A stretch of 64,000 bases of DNA from Octopus bimaculoides (GCF_001194135.2 NC_068985.1:76143066-76207065); one strand, 5' to 3'. Counted from the first letter of the stretch, positions 37,035-49,790 are shown. Numbers and translations are program-made. The notes: generated by a model not told the origin, from the letters alone.

Positions 37035-37578
37035 ATGACTTGTAGGAACACTGTATTTCGTTATGCAACCATAATATACTACAAAGTTTATTAAATGCTT
37101 TATAAGTCAATACCATGTCCTATGGCACTAGCAGTGCTATTAAACCACTTAGTAAGGTTATCTCTACAGATTTTCAATAGAAATTACAGCCTTCACTGGT
37201 TTGTTATGACATTTTATATCTGAGTATGCCTAATGTAAACAACAAGGTGATTGAAGATGAAAAATGGGTAATGGGTGTGTATGCCATATTTCTAGAATTC
37301 AGTACTGATGAAAGAGTAGGAACTCCTGAAATATGGCATATACACCCACTACTTATTTTTCATCGATCTCATTGTTATTTACATTAGGCATACTCAAATA
37401 CAAAACGTAACAAATCAGTTCTGACTATATTTACATTGAAAATCTGTAAAGATAGCCTTAACAAGTGATTTAATAGCACTGCTAACACAGTAGGACACAG
37501 TATTAACTTATAAAATGTTTAATATACTTTGTAGTATATTATGGTTGCATAAAGATATACCATGTCCTTACAAGTCAT
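37035..37578. repeat. Diverged palindrome (~265-bp arms, 19-bp spacer) with hammerhead-like motif at the apex
   Basis: 37035-37300 is the approximate reverse complement of 37320-37578; GTA-CTGATGA-...-GAAA-T...AT-A-TAC at 37302-37343. Confidence 0.85.
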
Positions 37579-37679
37579 TAATGTGTCTCAAATAAGTATG
37601 CTTTCAACCTAAACCAAAATAGGATAAAAAATATTAAACAAATACACAAATAAACAATGTCACTTATTTAGTATGACCC

Positions 37680-37850
37680 TGCACAACCTGTTTAACTTTT
37701 CGGGTGATCAGGCTGTATCCTATTCTGCCAGTTATTATAAATATCCTGGTGGTGACTCCTGGTGAATCAAGGGTTTTTCCTACCTTCATATTCAAAATTG
37801 CTTTGTCTATCATACTGATATCAATAAAGATAACTAGTGACTTCATTGGG
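37680..37850 (-). mobile_element. Short RTE RT N-terminal fragment
   Basis: KAILNMKVGKTLDSPGVTTRIFIITGRIGYSLIT resembles the 52880-53000 RTE segment. Confidence 0.65.
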
Positions 37851-38387
37851 TCACACTGGAAAGACCTCACCTCTCTCTGTCTCTGTACGGGACATGGCTT
37901 CAATACAGTTTCCATCAATCAAATGCCTTAATCTCTGTTTCTTTCTGTAGTTCAATTCCAGTATTATGAACACTGAGTAAAAATACATGAAAAGTATAGA
38001 AATAAATGTTTACACTTATTCAATACATCATGCACATGTTTCATTTACAACAATATCTGCAATACAAAGGAAACCTTATAAACAGATTACTTCATCAAAT
38101 ATCCAGAGATTGTATAACAAACATAAATAACCTTTAAGTAATATAACTGGCATTAGACAGTGTTAGGGTATCAACAAGCATAAGAGCAGTGTTAAGATGG
38201 TTCAACAATTTTATTTAAATACTAAACCACTAAAAGGAAAGAATTTTCCCTTATCATTGTAAAGAAAGGAATATGTACGTCTTGTGTTCTCAGAGATAAC
38301 CCTAACTATCAAATTTCAAAATTAAACAGTTATCATTCTTTTTGGTTGCACTGCTAATGTTTCTCTTTTTATCTATTCATTTATTAG

Positions 38388-38518
38388 GAATTTGAAATTG
38401 ATACTACAATAAAAGAGGAAGTGTTTTCTCAAATAGACAAGAAAATACAGGAAGCGAAAATGAAAGTTTCCTGGATAACGGAGAAACATTCACTTTCCTT
38501 GATGAAACTTAGAAAATT
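38388..38518 (+). CDS. CFAP44: CFAP44 exon 8, EFEIDTTIKEEVFSQIDKKIQEAKMKVSWITEKHSLSLMKLRK
   Basis: ttAG/GTaagc, 131 nt, phase 0-2; not in the ORF track, found by splice-phase walking; resembles FDVD...AWEKEKHELGLMKL. Confidence 0.92.
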
Positions 38519-38807
38519 GTAAGCAATTATCATTTACCTTCTGAATTAAGGAAAACACTGAATGCTTTTTCTTTTAATATAATAAAACCTTTACCGAAGT
38601 GAGACCCAAATGAAGTTAGTCTGCTAGTAAGAGACACACAACATTTGGATAACATTGTAGATCTAGCATATTCAGTTTCTTCAAGAACTTCATACACCAC
38701 CACCACCACCTTTGTAAATAAATGGCAATAATAACAACAGTAGAATATGAAAAATATTCTATGTGAAGTAAAAGGAATGTCAAGATTATTTATGATAAAA
38801 AATATCA

Positions 38808-39178
38808 TTATCACCTCCGCCTTAGTTGAGGTGGAGGTATTGTTTGCAGTCTTGTTTGTTTGTTTCTTTGTTCATGGACAAGATATCTCAACAACCGCTG
38901 GATGGGTTTGGATGAAACTCTCAGGGATGTTTGGCCTCATGACTGGCACAAACTGATTAGATTTGGGGATTGATCCAGACAAGGATTCTGGATTATTTTT
39001 CCTGGGTTTTTTTTACTTAATTTTTGAGAACAGTTGGGTTCATTTTTAATATTCGCGTTTCTGAGAGCAGTGAAGTTTATTTCAGATATTCTCATTTTAA
39101 AAATCATTTCTGGTTAATCATTGAGAGGATGTTGGTGTTGCATTTGCAGAGGTTTGCACTCTCTGAGTGCTCTTGTTA
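38808..39178 (+). mobile_element. Non-autonomous Helentron-like (HINE/DINE-1-type) element
   Basis: 5' ACCTCCGCC...GGTGGAGGT hairpin, (TTTG)n tract, 3' decayed subterminal repeat GCAGAGGT then stem-loop GCACTC-TCT-GAGTGC (39156-39170). Confidence 0.65.
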
Positions 39179-40837
39179 TAATTTTCTGAATCACTTTTAC
39201 TTGCACTAGACTTGCACACACCATCACTTGTAGATGCGATCACTGGTTCACAAGCACTAGTAGGCAGACTTGTAGATTTCTTTTCAGAAAACTAGTTTAG
39301 AGTTGTTTGCTTTGATAAAGTTTTTTTTTTTGGCTCTCTATAAATTTCTTGGTAACTCACAGAAGCATTTGTTATGGAAGCAGAAACTTGTACACTTTGT
39401 TCAGAATTCGGATCTTGTGCATGGAAAATGCCTGGCAAAATGCTTAGTGGTATATTAGGTCGACTATGCTTTTCACCCTTTCGTGGAGGAGGGCATTAAA
39501 TAAGTACCAGTTACGCACTGGGGTCGATGTAATCGACTTAATCCCTTTGTCTGTCCTTGTTTGTCCCCTCTATGTTTAGCCCCCTGTGGGCAATAAAGAA
39601 ATAAATATATGTGTGAGTGTGTCTGTCTGTGTGTGTTTGTGTGTGTGTGTGTTTGTGTGTGTGTGTATGTGTATGTATGTTTGCGTCTGTTTGTGTCCTC
39701 ACTACCTCTTGACAACTAGTGCTGGTCTGTTTACATCCTTGTAACCTAGCGCTCCACCAAAAGAGACTGATGGAATAAGTACCAAGCTTTTAAACAATTT
39801 GTACTGGGGTCGATACATTCAACTAAAAATTCTTCAAGGTGGTGCCCCAGCATGGCCGCAGTCTAATGAGTGAAACAAATAAAATATGAAAGAATGTTTC
39901 AATCCCAGTACTTACCTTTTTAAAGCCTGGTATTTATTCTATCAGTTTCTTTTGCTGAACTGCTAAGTTATGGGGATATAAACCAGTACCAGTTATCAAG
40001 CAGTGGGTGGGGGTGGGAGACAAACACAGACACAAAGATACACAAACACACACACACACACACACACCACATACAATAGGCTTCTTTCAGTTTCTGTCCC
40101 ACAAGGCTTTGGTCAGTCTAANNNNNNNNNNNNNNNNNNNNNNNNNNNNNNNNNNNNNNNNNNNNNNNNNNNNNNNNNNNNNNNNNNNNNNNNNNNNNNN
40201 NNNNNNNNNNNNNNNNNNNNNNNNNNNNNNNNNNNNNNNNNNNNNNNNNNNNNNNNNNNNNNNNNNNNNNNNNNNNNNNNNNNNNNNNNNNNNNNNNNNN
40301 NNNNNNNNNNNNNNNNNNNNNNNNNNNNNNNNNNNNNNNNNNNNNNNNNNNNNNNNNNNNNNNNNNNNNNNNNNNNNNNNNNNNNNNNNNNNNNNNNNNN
40401 NNNNNNNNNNNNNNNNNNNNNNNNNNNNNNNNNNNNNNNNNNNNNNNAAGTGCCATGCAGTGGGACTGAACCTGGAACCACGTGGTTGAGAAGCAAGCTC
40501 CTCACTGCACAGCCACACCTAAAGTGTCTGGTACTTCTGTTCTTTCAAAGGCAAGTGGAGTGTAGATTCCCTTACTTGAAAAACAGATAGAGTTAATCAC
40601 ACGAAAGACATCTGGTTGTAAAAAAAGAACACCTCAATAATATACATTCCTCTAACCCATACTAGCATGAGCAAATGAATATGAATAAATGAATGAACAA
40701 ATGTGTGTATATGTAGGTGTTTGTATATGTAAGTGTTTGTGTATGACATGTGTATGTGTGTTTGTCTGTATCTAGTAATGTTGTATTATAGCAGTGGTTA
40801 TGTTTTTATTCTAAGATATTTTCTCATGCTATTTCAG

Positions 40838-41019
40838 TTATAAAGATTATGTGAAATGGAACCGCATTGTGGTTTATGCATTTAATTCACCTTACAAAGT
40901 CAGTACAACTCGTTTACCATGTCTCCCAAATGATTTCTACCAAAAGAAGAGTGATTTGGATCACAAGAAAAATGGCAAGAGGTTCACTCTTAATGATCTC
41001 CAGCAGAAAGAATCAGAAG
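40838..41019 (+). CDS. CFAP44: CFAP44 exon 9, YKDYVKWNRIVVYAFNSPYKVSTTRL...LQQKESE
   Basis: ttcAG/GTcagt, 182 nt, phase 2-1, open frame. Confidence 0.88.
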
Positions 41020-41345
41020 GTCAGTAAAATTTCATTTGTTTCCTATATCCATTTATTTCCTTTACCTGCTTTTCTAAGCTAGAGTAATGAATACTCAAAC
41101 CAATATACACCACTGAAAGGACAAATTAGGAATAGGATGATGCTGTGGTGGTCAAAAGGTATCACTCCAGTTGGACATCCAACCTGGGTCAATTTCATTT
41201 GATCAACCTATTTGTCAACAAGAGTTGCTGCAATTTGAATGTCATCAATTAAAAAAGAATAGAATTCATATAGGAAATCAAACTTTCATCCATTGGAGTG
41301 TGAAACTCTGAAATCTCTGTAACTAGGATGATATCATTTTCAACT

Positions 41346-41640
41346 GAGGATGCATGGCCTAGTGGTCAAGGTGTTGCCTTAACAATCGCAAAATCATAGT
41401 TTCAATTCCTAGACCAGGAGGTGAATCATGTTTTTGAGCAAAACACTTCATCTCACATTGTTTTGCGACATTTGACACATGGAGCACCATGCACCTGTTC
41501 AGGCAACATTGTTTTCATGAAGGGAGTGGACTCATGTGTGACAAACATTTGATAACTACAAACAAATCATTTGTGGTGCAGGTCATTCGGCAAAAGCTGA
41601 ACACTCATATGACATGCTCAACAAGAGAGTGCATCATTAT
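41346..41640 (+). mobile_element. tRNA-derived SINE (head 2 with a third tail type)
   Basis: GAGGATGCATGGCCTAGTGGTCAAGG...TTTCAATTCC...TTGAGCAAAACACTT head, unrelated 3' part. Confidence 0.6.
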
Positions 41641-42310
41641 GTTTCTTCAAACTGATTGACAATGACGGCACCATGGAAGTTTGGTTGATTGACTTCTGTA
41701 GGCAAGAAACATCCCATTAATTCAACAATTCTTTCTTTCTTTCTCACGATAACCATACTTCCTCTCTTTCTACATTAGTAACGTCCTTATCAATAACTTA
41801 CTCGGCCCCGCCTCCATTACATAGATACAATTATAAGTTCAAACATGTTATATCTAGGACTGTAAAATATGATGCATCTTTTATTTATGCCAGTAGGAGT
41901 GTTATCTGAGAAAGTATTGTTGGTTGCTATTTCTTGCAGTGTGAATGACTTCAGTCAGGTTGCATCATTGGTTTGTAAAGTGTAGCAATGTTTATTTCTA
42001 TCCTGAAATAATGTTGCACCTACTGGATAGGTTGGTGAGGAACTCGTTCAACAGTCTTCCTCGTGGATTACCATAATGTGTTATCCAATGAAAACATTCC
42101 TCAATTACACAGTGGCACTTTCTGCAGCTAGTAATATTGGGCAAATTCTATTTTACATCTAAATAATAAGGACAATTATATACCTTGACCTGGAACAGTG
42201 CAAAACACCAGTGCTGAGTTTCTTTCCCTCGATTCTCCTAACAACATCTTAGCTATATGTGATTCACCACATTATTTTTACTAAAATATATCAATACAAA
42301 TAGGAAATTA

Positions 42311-43150
42311 TATGAGGGGTATCGAAAAGTTCCCGGACTAGTTATGTTTAATAAAAAATAACTTTTTTTACCTAGGTTTTTACATGAGCTCCTTCAAAAT
42401 AGTCACTTTGCTCACTGATCCCAGTGTTCCTGCCACTTTTGGAATCTGGTCTGGAAGTCGTTTTCCATAAGCAAGTTGAGGACCTTCTGCAATTTGCTCT
42501 AGATCTTGACAGCAGTGTTAAAACAATGACCTTTGAGCTGCAATTTCATCTTGGAGAAGAGACGGGAGCTTACAGGTGCTAAATCTGGTGATAGGCGGGG
42601 ATGTAGAAGTGATACTATGTTGATTTTGCAAGAAACTCATGAATGAGGAGAGCTTGGTGACAGGGTGCATTGTCATCATGAAGAATCCAATTCTTTGTGC
42701 TCCACAGATCCGGTTGTTTTCACTGAATGTCCTCCCCAGATGCTTCAATATGTTGCGGTAGAGCTCTCGACTGATGATCTGGCCCTGGGGGATGAATTCC
42801 TGATACACAATACCACATTTTCAGGAGTGACACTTGTGGCAGGTCTTCCAGATTGCTCATTGTCTTCTGCTTTTCAAGCACCCATGCCACTTGGAACAGT
42901 ATGTTCGACCCTTTGCCTCATCACCATTAGTTTGCTAAAGCATGCTCAATGACTCTGTATCAGAATTCTCGAGTTTAACGCAAAATTTCACATTGACTCT
43001 TTGTTCCAACTTCCTGTCCATGACAAAAATTGCAGACTACAGCAGACACATAATCACAAAAACACAAATTTCCCAGCTTGTGATGTAAACACTGTGATGT
43101 CACTTGGCACACAACAGAACTAGTCCGCAAATGTTTTGATACCACCTCAT
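42311..43150 (-). mobile_element. Internally deleted mariner element with TIRs
   Basis: TIRs TGAGGGGTATCGAAAAGTTCCCGGACTAG / CTAGTCCGCAAATGTTTTGATACCACCTCA, 5' TA; minus frame EFIPQGQ... Confidence 0.85.
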
Positions 43151-43773
43151 GCATATGTCAGTATTGATATGGATATTGGGCCTTGTGCCTAGAATAGAAA
43201 AGAGTGTTGATATGGATATGAATGAATTTATTTCATGTGTTATGAAATATTGGTTTCAGATTTTGGCAAAAGGCCAGCAATTTTTGGGGAGGGTGTAAGT
43301 TAATTACATCAACTCTAATATTCCACTGGTACTTATTTTATCGACCCTTAAAGGATGAAGGTAAAGATGACCTCAGCTGAATTTTATCTTAGAACATAAA
43401 GACAGACAAAATGCTGTTAAGCATTTTATCTGGCATACTAACAGCTCTGCTAGCTCACCATCTCTGAGTTATAAAATATTCACACCATTTTTACTCCATA
43501 ATCATACACATTACCCATTTCAAAGTATTGTAAATCTTTGCTATATGATGGATGCTCCCTGCACCCAATTATTGCTATTTATCTGCAAATATTCACTGAG
43601 CTGTTGAAGACTTGTCATTCTCTGGTAATAAGACATCAATGTTGAATGTTTTTTTTTATCTCTGATAACATTTTAAATAAAACTACATCAGGTAGAGCCA
43701 CCACATTAGTTAATCATTTCAACTCTACTTACAAGCACACATGCACACAAAACAAATCTCTTCTTCCAAATTT

Positions 43774-43826
<53 letters not shown>

Positions 43827-44044
43827 ATTCCCCACAATGTACTTACATACATAATGCTATACAAAATTTTTCAAGGCCCTTTAAAATATTATTGTGGATC
43901 CCAAATTTACTATTTTGATGTGTGGACCCTGGTTGGGAAACACTGGTCTATATCAAAACTTTTATACCATAGTAACATTTCCTTTTTCAATGTATTTTCC
44001 TAGTAAATTTATGGATTACATTATTTACAGTCTTCCTTTTTCAG

Positions 44045-44205
44045 TAAGAAAAGATGCAAAAGCCGGTGATGCTGAAGGCAAGAGTTCTGGTACAAGAGAG
44101 AGTGTTACTGCTAGCAGTTTGAAAGGTGTTGCTGGAGAGCGGATTCTGAAAGCTATTCACAAAGTAGAAGAAATTAAACAAAGAAGAATTAAAAGAAAAG
44201 AACAG
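44045..44205 (+). CDS. CFAP44: CFAP44 exon 10, RKDAKAGDAEGKSSG...IKQRRIKRKEQ
   Basis: tcAG/GTgagt, 161 nt, phase 1-0. Confidence 0.9.
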
Positions 44206-44644
44206 GTGAGTTTGGAAGTAAAATTCCTGAGCAAGATTCTCAAGACTTTCTTTTCCATAATTTTATGTCTGCAAGCAATTGCAGCAGCTGTATCAAATAT
44301 CCAACTATTTAATTAGTTCAAGTTTTTCTGCAAACCTATGAAAGGTAAGGTATCAGAATGTACAGTCCAGTGCCCAGCCTTTAATGAAAATCTTCACTCT
44401 TTCTGGCCTATTGTGCCATTTGATCCAGATATTGGTCCCAATTTATTCTGTTTCATTGCCAGTATACAAAAATAACCCAAAGGCAACTGTTTATTAATAT
44501 CTTACACATTTGTGAGGGTTTATACAGCAATGAAATATCTAATGAGTTTATTTACAGTGTCATTTACATTAAGAGATTTGCTTTGTAAAACCTAGAAGGA
44601 AGAGTGCAGTTATCATAAAACATATTTGATTTCTTTCATAGATT

Positions 44645-44938
44645 GCCAGTGCTGCCAAACTGGCTCCTGTGCAGGTGGTACATAAAATACACCATTTTGA
44701 GCGTGGCTGTTGCCAGTACCACCTGACTGGCCTTTGTGCGGGTGACACGTAAAAGCACCTACTACACTCTCGGAGTGGTTGGCATTAGGAAGGGCATCCA
44801 GCTGTAGAAACTCTGCCAAATTAGATTGGAGCCTGGTATAGACATCTGGTTGCACCAGTCCTCAGTCAAATCGTCCAACCCATGCTAGCATGGAAAGCGG
44901 ACATTAAACGACGACGATGATGATGATGATGATGATGA
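44645..44938 (+). mobile_element. RTE 3' UTR copy with (GAC)(GAT)n tail
   Basis: Family terminus and repeat units. Confidence 0.85.
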
Positions 44939-45154
44939 TTCATAGTTTCATATTAGTTTATTGAATTCAAATTAATTCTTCTTGGAATCAGTATAATCCT
45001 GATGCAAGGTAAAACTCTTTAAAATATCTAGTAGTTTGCTATGTCTGGTACTTTGTCCATGCAGCCATCATCAAGATGATCATAAATAATTTTAATATAT
45101 TTTAAATGATCAAAGAAAAATCTACATTAGTTCTTTCATATTACTTGTTGCCAG

Positions 45155-45343
45155 TGGGATAAACTTTACAATGAAAAACCAGCTGATGACTATGAAGATC
45201 CAAATGATTTGGCTGCAATTAAAGAAGCCAAAGAAAACATGGGTGATTATAAATTAAAAACTGCTGAAGATTATGTTGTTCCAGACCTTTTGAGGATGAA
45301 TACAAACAAAGCTAGGCTCAAACTCTTCCAGCTTGTTGAACAT
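45155..45343 (+). CDS. CFAP44: CFAP44 exon 11, WDKLYNEKPADDYEDPNDLAAIKEAKENMGDYKLKTAEDYVVP...QLVEH
   Basis: ccAG/GTaagt, 189 nt, phase 0-0; highly conserved KPxDDYEDPxDLxAIKEA...MGDxxLKTAxDY motif. Confidence 0.97.
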
Positions 45344-45460
45344 GTAAGTAACTTTAACCCTTTTGACACCAACTTACCCAATATTGCCCTTGGTTCTATG
45401 ATAGAAACTTATCTTTTTAAAGTGATCTAAATCAAAGCCTATCAAATTTACATATTAATC

Positions 45461-46340
45461 TACGAGGTGGTGTTAAGAGGTTCCTGGAATACTTACGTTT
45501 AATAAAAAAGTAACTTATCTTCAAAATAGTTACCTTGTGTAGCAATACACCAGTCCCAGCATTCTTGCAACTTTTGGAATCTGGTCTGGAAGTCGTTTTT
45601 CATAAGCAAGTTGAGGACTTTTTGCGATTCACTCTTGATTTCGACAACAGAGTTAAAACGGTAACCTTTGAGCTCCATCTTTATCATGGGGAAGATATGG
45701 AAGTCTGCAGGAGCTAAATCTTGTAAATAGGGTATGTCCAGAAGTGACACCATGTTGTTCTTGGCAAAAAACTCACGAGTGAGGAGAGATCAGTGATAAG
45801 GTGCATTGTTGTCATGAAGAATCCAATTCTTCGCGCTCCACAGATCCGGTTGTTTTCACTGAATGTCCCCCCTCAAACACTTCAAAACATCACAATAGAG
45901 CTCTTGATTGATCATCTAGCTCTGGGGAACAAATTCTTGATACACAATACCACAGATGTTGAAAAAAATGAGGAGCGTGCTCTTGATTGATCTGTGGCTC
46001 TGTTGTGCCACTTTTGAAATGTCCATGCCACTCAAAAACATTGCATGCAACCCATTGCTGTGTCACTGTATGCCCAATGTCTCTGTAGTAGACTTCCCAA
46101 GTTTAACACAAAATTTCATGTTGGTTCTTTGTTCCAACTTCCTGTCCATGACAAAAGTCACAGACTACAGTATACACATGATCACAAGAAACACAAATTT
46201 CACAACTTGCAAAGCAAGCAATGATGTCACTTGGCACACTGTCTCATGAAAGTCACTGCTAGCTCTCAATGTGCATGCAACCATGTGCTGCCATCTGTTG
46301 GCGCATTACAGAACTAGTCTGGGAACTTTTTGATACCATC
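45461..46340 (-). mobile_element. Second copy of the same deleted mariner element
   Basis: TA-CGAGGTGGTGTTAAGAGGTTCC end; minus ORF DLAPADFHIFPMIKMELKGYRF...CIATQGNYFE; colinear with 42311-43150. Confidence 0.85.
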
Positions 46341-46889
46341 AAACACCAGCTTATTAGTGAAAGTCATTTTACTAAATTCTTCATTATCTTAAAATTAATT
46401 GAAACTTGCAGTTCTAAAGACTAATTCTATATCATTATACATCTTAATTACCTGACATCTACAAGGCTTAAAATTTTCAAATGATTCACTAAATACTTCA
46501 CTCAATAGCTGTCTTTTGACAACAACCATATTTTTAACAAGACAATAACATAACTGAATACACACATACACACACACTCACACACACACATTTATATGTG
46601 TGTGTGCACGTGTGTGTGTGTGTGTGTGTATTTGTCTCCCACATCTGCTTGACAACCAGTGTTAGTTTGTTTATGCACCCTTAACTTAGCTCTTTGGCAA
46701 AGGAGTTCGATAGAATAAATGCCAGACTTTTAAAAAAAGTAGCAGGGTTAATTTGTTGAACTAAAACTCCTTAAGATTGCTCTGGCAGAATCACAGTTCA
46801 CTGATTAAAACAAATAAAAGATAGAATTATTCAGTAAGTTATTTGGTCTGTTTCAAAACTGTTCCGCTTTTCTTCCTATTTTATTTCAG

Positions 46890-47074
46890 ATATCTCAATA
46901 CATATCGGATTTCAATGAGAAAGTTCTAGAGTTACGCAATGAGAAAAAGAAACTAGTCGATATAATAGCATCCCTGCATGATGAGATTAGTAGCATTCAG
47001 AGCAATATGCCAGAAGAACTAAGAATATATCTCCTTGATCCACCAAAAATGGTACTAGAAGAGACCCCTGAACA
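46890..47074 (+). CDS. CFAP44: CFAP44 exon 12, ISQYISDFNEKVLELRNEKKKLVDII...MVLEETPE
   Basis: ttcAG/GTaata, 185 nt, phase 0-2; resembles LSLRDLK...HPEEVPE. Confidence 0.92.
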
Positions 47075-47473
47075 GTAATATGGCTTTTGTTTCAATTAAT
47101 TGTTTTATTTATTATTTTTGACTAGGCCAAATTTTCTAAGCAATTGAATTGTATAAGTATTTTAATTATTGACCTTTGATTTTAATTAGATTAGATTGGA
47201 TTGACCTTGAGGAAGGGATTGTGTTGATGATCTCCTTGGGTCCTTGATATGGTTAATGTTATGCTCAAAATAGTTGTAAATTGACTGCTCTAGAAGAATC
47301 ATGTGCTGGGAGGGAATTCCAGAAGGCCAACATTCTGAGAAAGAAAGTACTGAGAATGGTGATTTGTTCAAAGAAATCAGACGAATAACTAAAATAATTG
47401 TTGAACAGGACACCAGTGTGTTCTAGGGTTAATGTTCAGTGACATTTAGTATGCATTTAGCAACTGGTACTCT

Positions 47474-47786
47474 GTTGGTTATAATGACAAGGGGTCCAGT
47501 TGATCCGATCAATGGAACAGCCTGCTCGTGAAATTAAAGTGCAAGTGGCTGAGTACTCCACAAAAATGCATACCCTTAATGTAGTTCTCAGGAAGATTCA
47601 GCATGATGCAGAATGTGACAAGGCTGGCTCTTTCAAATACAGGTACAACACATTTTTACCAGCTGAGCAGACTGGGGCAACGGGAAATAAGGTATCTTGC
47701 TCAAAGACACAACATGCCACTGGGAATTGAACTTACGACCTTACAAATGTGAGTCAATTACCCTAACCACTAAGCCATGCACCTTC
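47474..47786 (-). mobile_element. tRNA-derived SINE (head 2 + tail X)
   Basis: Reverse-complement match to 49791-50103. Confidence 0.82.
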
Positions 47787-48656
47787 ACAGTACTCATTTA
47801 TAACTGAGTGGACTAAAGCAATGTGAAATGAAGTGCCTTGTTCAAGGACACAGTACACCATCTCGTTCACAAATGAATTTTACAATTATGAGTCCACTAT
47901 CTTACTCACTTGGCCATGTACCTTCTCAGTATAGTGTATCTAGGGTTACACTATCTAATGTGCCAATTTCTTTTTTAACTCAGTAACCTTGTGATATGCA
48001 AGAAATTTGGCTGACTTTTCATGGTAGTAGAGTAACCCTGTTGCTTAAAGATTTAACACAGGAGTTACTAGTCCATGCAAACATTTTGAGGTGAATACTG
48101 GAAAAGATAACAAGGAAATATAGATAATTAGCAACTGCACAAAATTAGCTCCTGGTTGATTGTTCAACTAAAATAATGTTTTTTATTTTTTTGTTACTTT
48201 ACCCCTACTCCCATCTCCACCTCCATGTTTTTCCCTGCAAAACATTCAAAGGGGACATTTGTAAAACACTGTTTGATAACAGGTGACTCTGAGTTACAAA
48301 ATGTTGAGAATCACTAATCGAAAGCAAAATCTCACTAGATGATAGGGTTTTGACTGGGTGAGACTAACAACGTCATTTTACTTTCTGGTTAGTGGTAGAA
48401 ATAAAAACTTGGATTGAGAAAAAGACTTAAAGAGATATATTTCTAGGAGAAGTACGGACTTTACTTTATTGAAGAATGACTAAGGAAAAATACCTTTGGA
48501 TGATTGCTGCATGAAAACTAAAAAATTAAGTGAGGTGCTAGTATAAAAGAAATTTCATTAATCAAAATAGCACTTGTCTTAGTGATAAGAACAATTTTAT
48601 TTGAATGACTAATTCTGGTCCAGAAAGGCAGGGAAGGCAACCCCTGAATTTTCAGT

Positions 48657-48688
48657 CATCATTATCATCGTTGTCGTCGCCGTCATCG

Positions 48689-48724
<36 letters not shown>

Positions 48725-48740
48725 CCATCATCACCATCAC

Positions 48741-48796
<56 letters not shown>
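48657..48796. repeat. (CAT)n microsatellite
   Basis: Long CAT/CAC/CGT trinucleotide run. Confidence 0.95.
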
Positions 48797-48797
<1 letters not shown>

Positions 48798-49098
48798 TTT
48801 AATCCCCACTCTACCATGCTTTGCCAAAATTCATTGAGGCCAATTTCCTATGGTCAGATGCTCTTTCTGTCATCAATCCACTCCTGTCTCCAAGCAAATA
48901 ATATTTCTCTTACTCCTTTGAATTGAAACAGCACCACAGCCAATCATGTTTTTACATTATTTACATTTTGACGGATTTTGTCCTCATCTTGTTTGTTGTT
49001 AACGCATTCCTTAAAGTATTTTTCGATGTTGTGACCTGAATAATAATGACAACGACGACGACGAGGATGAGGAGAACCCAGGTTCGAAATTTCCCCAA

Positions 49099-49144
49099 GA
49101 CACCTGATGAAGGCTGGAGGGTATATCAGTCGAAACGTTGTGTT
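49099..49144 (+). ncRNA. Minimal type-I hammerhead ribozyme candidate inside an inverted repeat (arms 48954-49003 and 49142-49192)
   Basis: GACAC-CTGATGA-A-GGCTG-GAGGGTATAT-CAGTC-GAA-ACGT-T-GTGTT: helices I and II pair, helix III is the palindrome ACGT, GUU triplet. Confidence 0.72.
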
Positions 49145-49349
49145 AACAACAAACAAGATGAGGGCAAATATCCATCAAACTGTAAATAATGTAAATAATG
49201 TACATAATTCGTCATCTCTTAAATATTGAACTGTAGAATCATGTTTTTGTGAAAAATTGCAACAAACAACACTGCTAGAATGATGGTGACATTTGTTTGC
49301 AATTAGGACAAAATGTTAAGGCAAGGAAACACAAATACATATACATATG

Positions 49350-49391
<42 letters not shown>

Positions 49392-49790
49392 CAGGCTTCT
49401 TTTAGTTTTAATTGACTAAATCAGCTCATAAGGCTTTTGTTGGTTCAATAAAAGACACTCACTGAAAATACTGCACAATGGGCATGAACTTAAAATCATA
49501 TGATTACAAAATAAACTTTTTAACCACACAACTATGTCTGTGCCTGCCCATCCACATGAAGTGAGGAATACCATGAGAACTGAGTCCAATCTTTGGCTGT
49601 CCAGTACATGTTTGCACTTGTTTCAGTTTCTTTAGACCTAACCAGCCAAGCATAACTGTGCAATAAGACATTTGTCCTTGGTTAGCAACTGTTATTTCCT
49701 ATTTGCTTACTCCTAGAAAGGGGAAAAAAGAAAGCTGAACAGTAGGCAAAATGTACAGTGCTTTCCTTTCTATCTACTAACTGACCAAGT

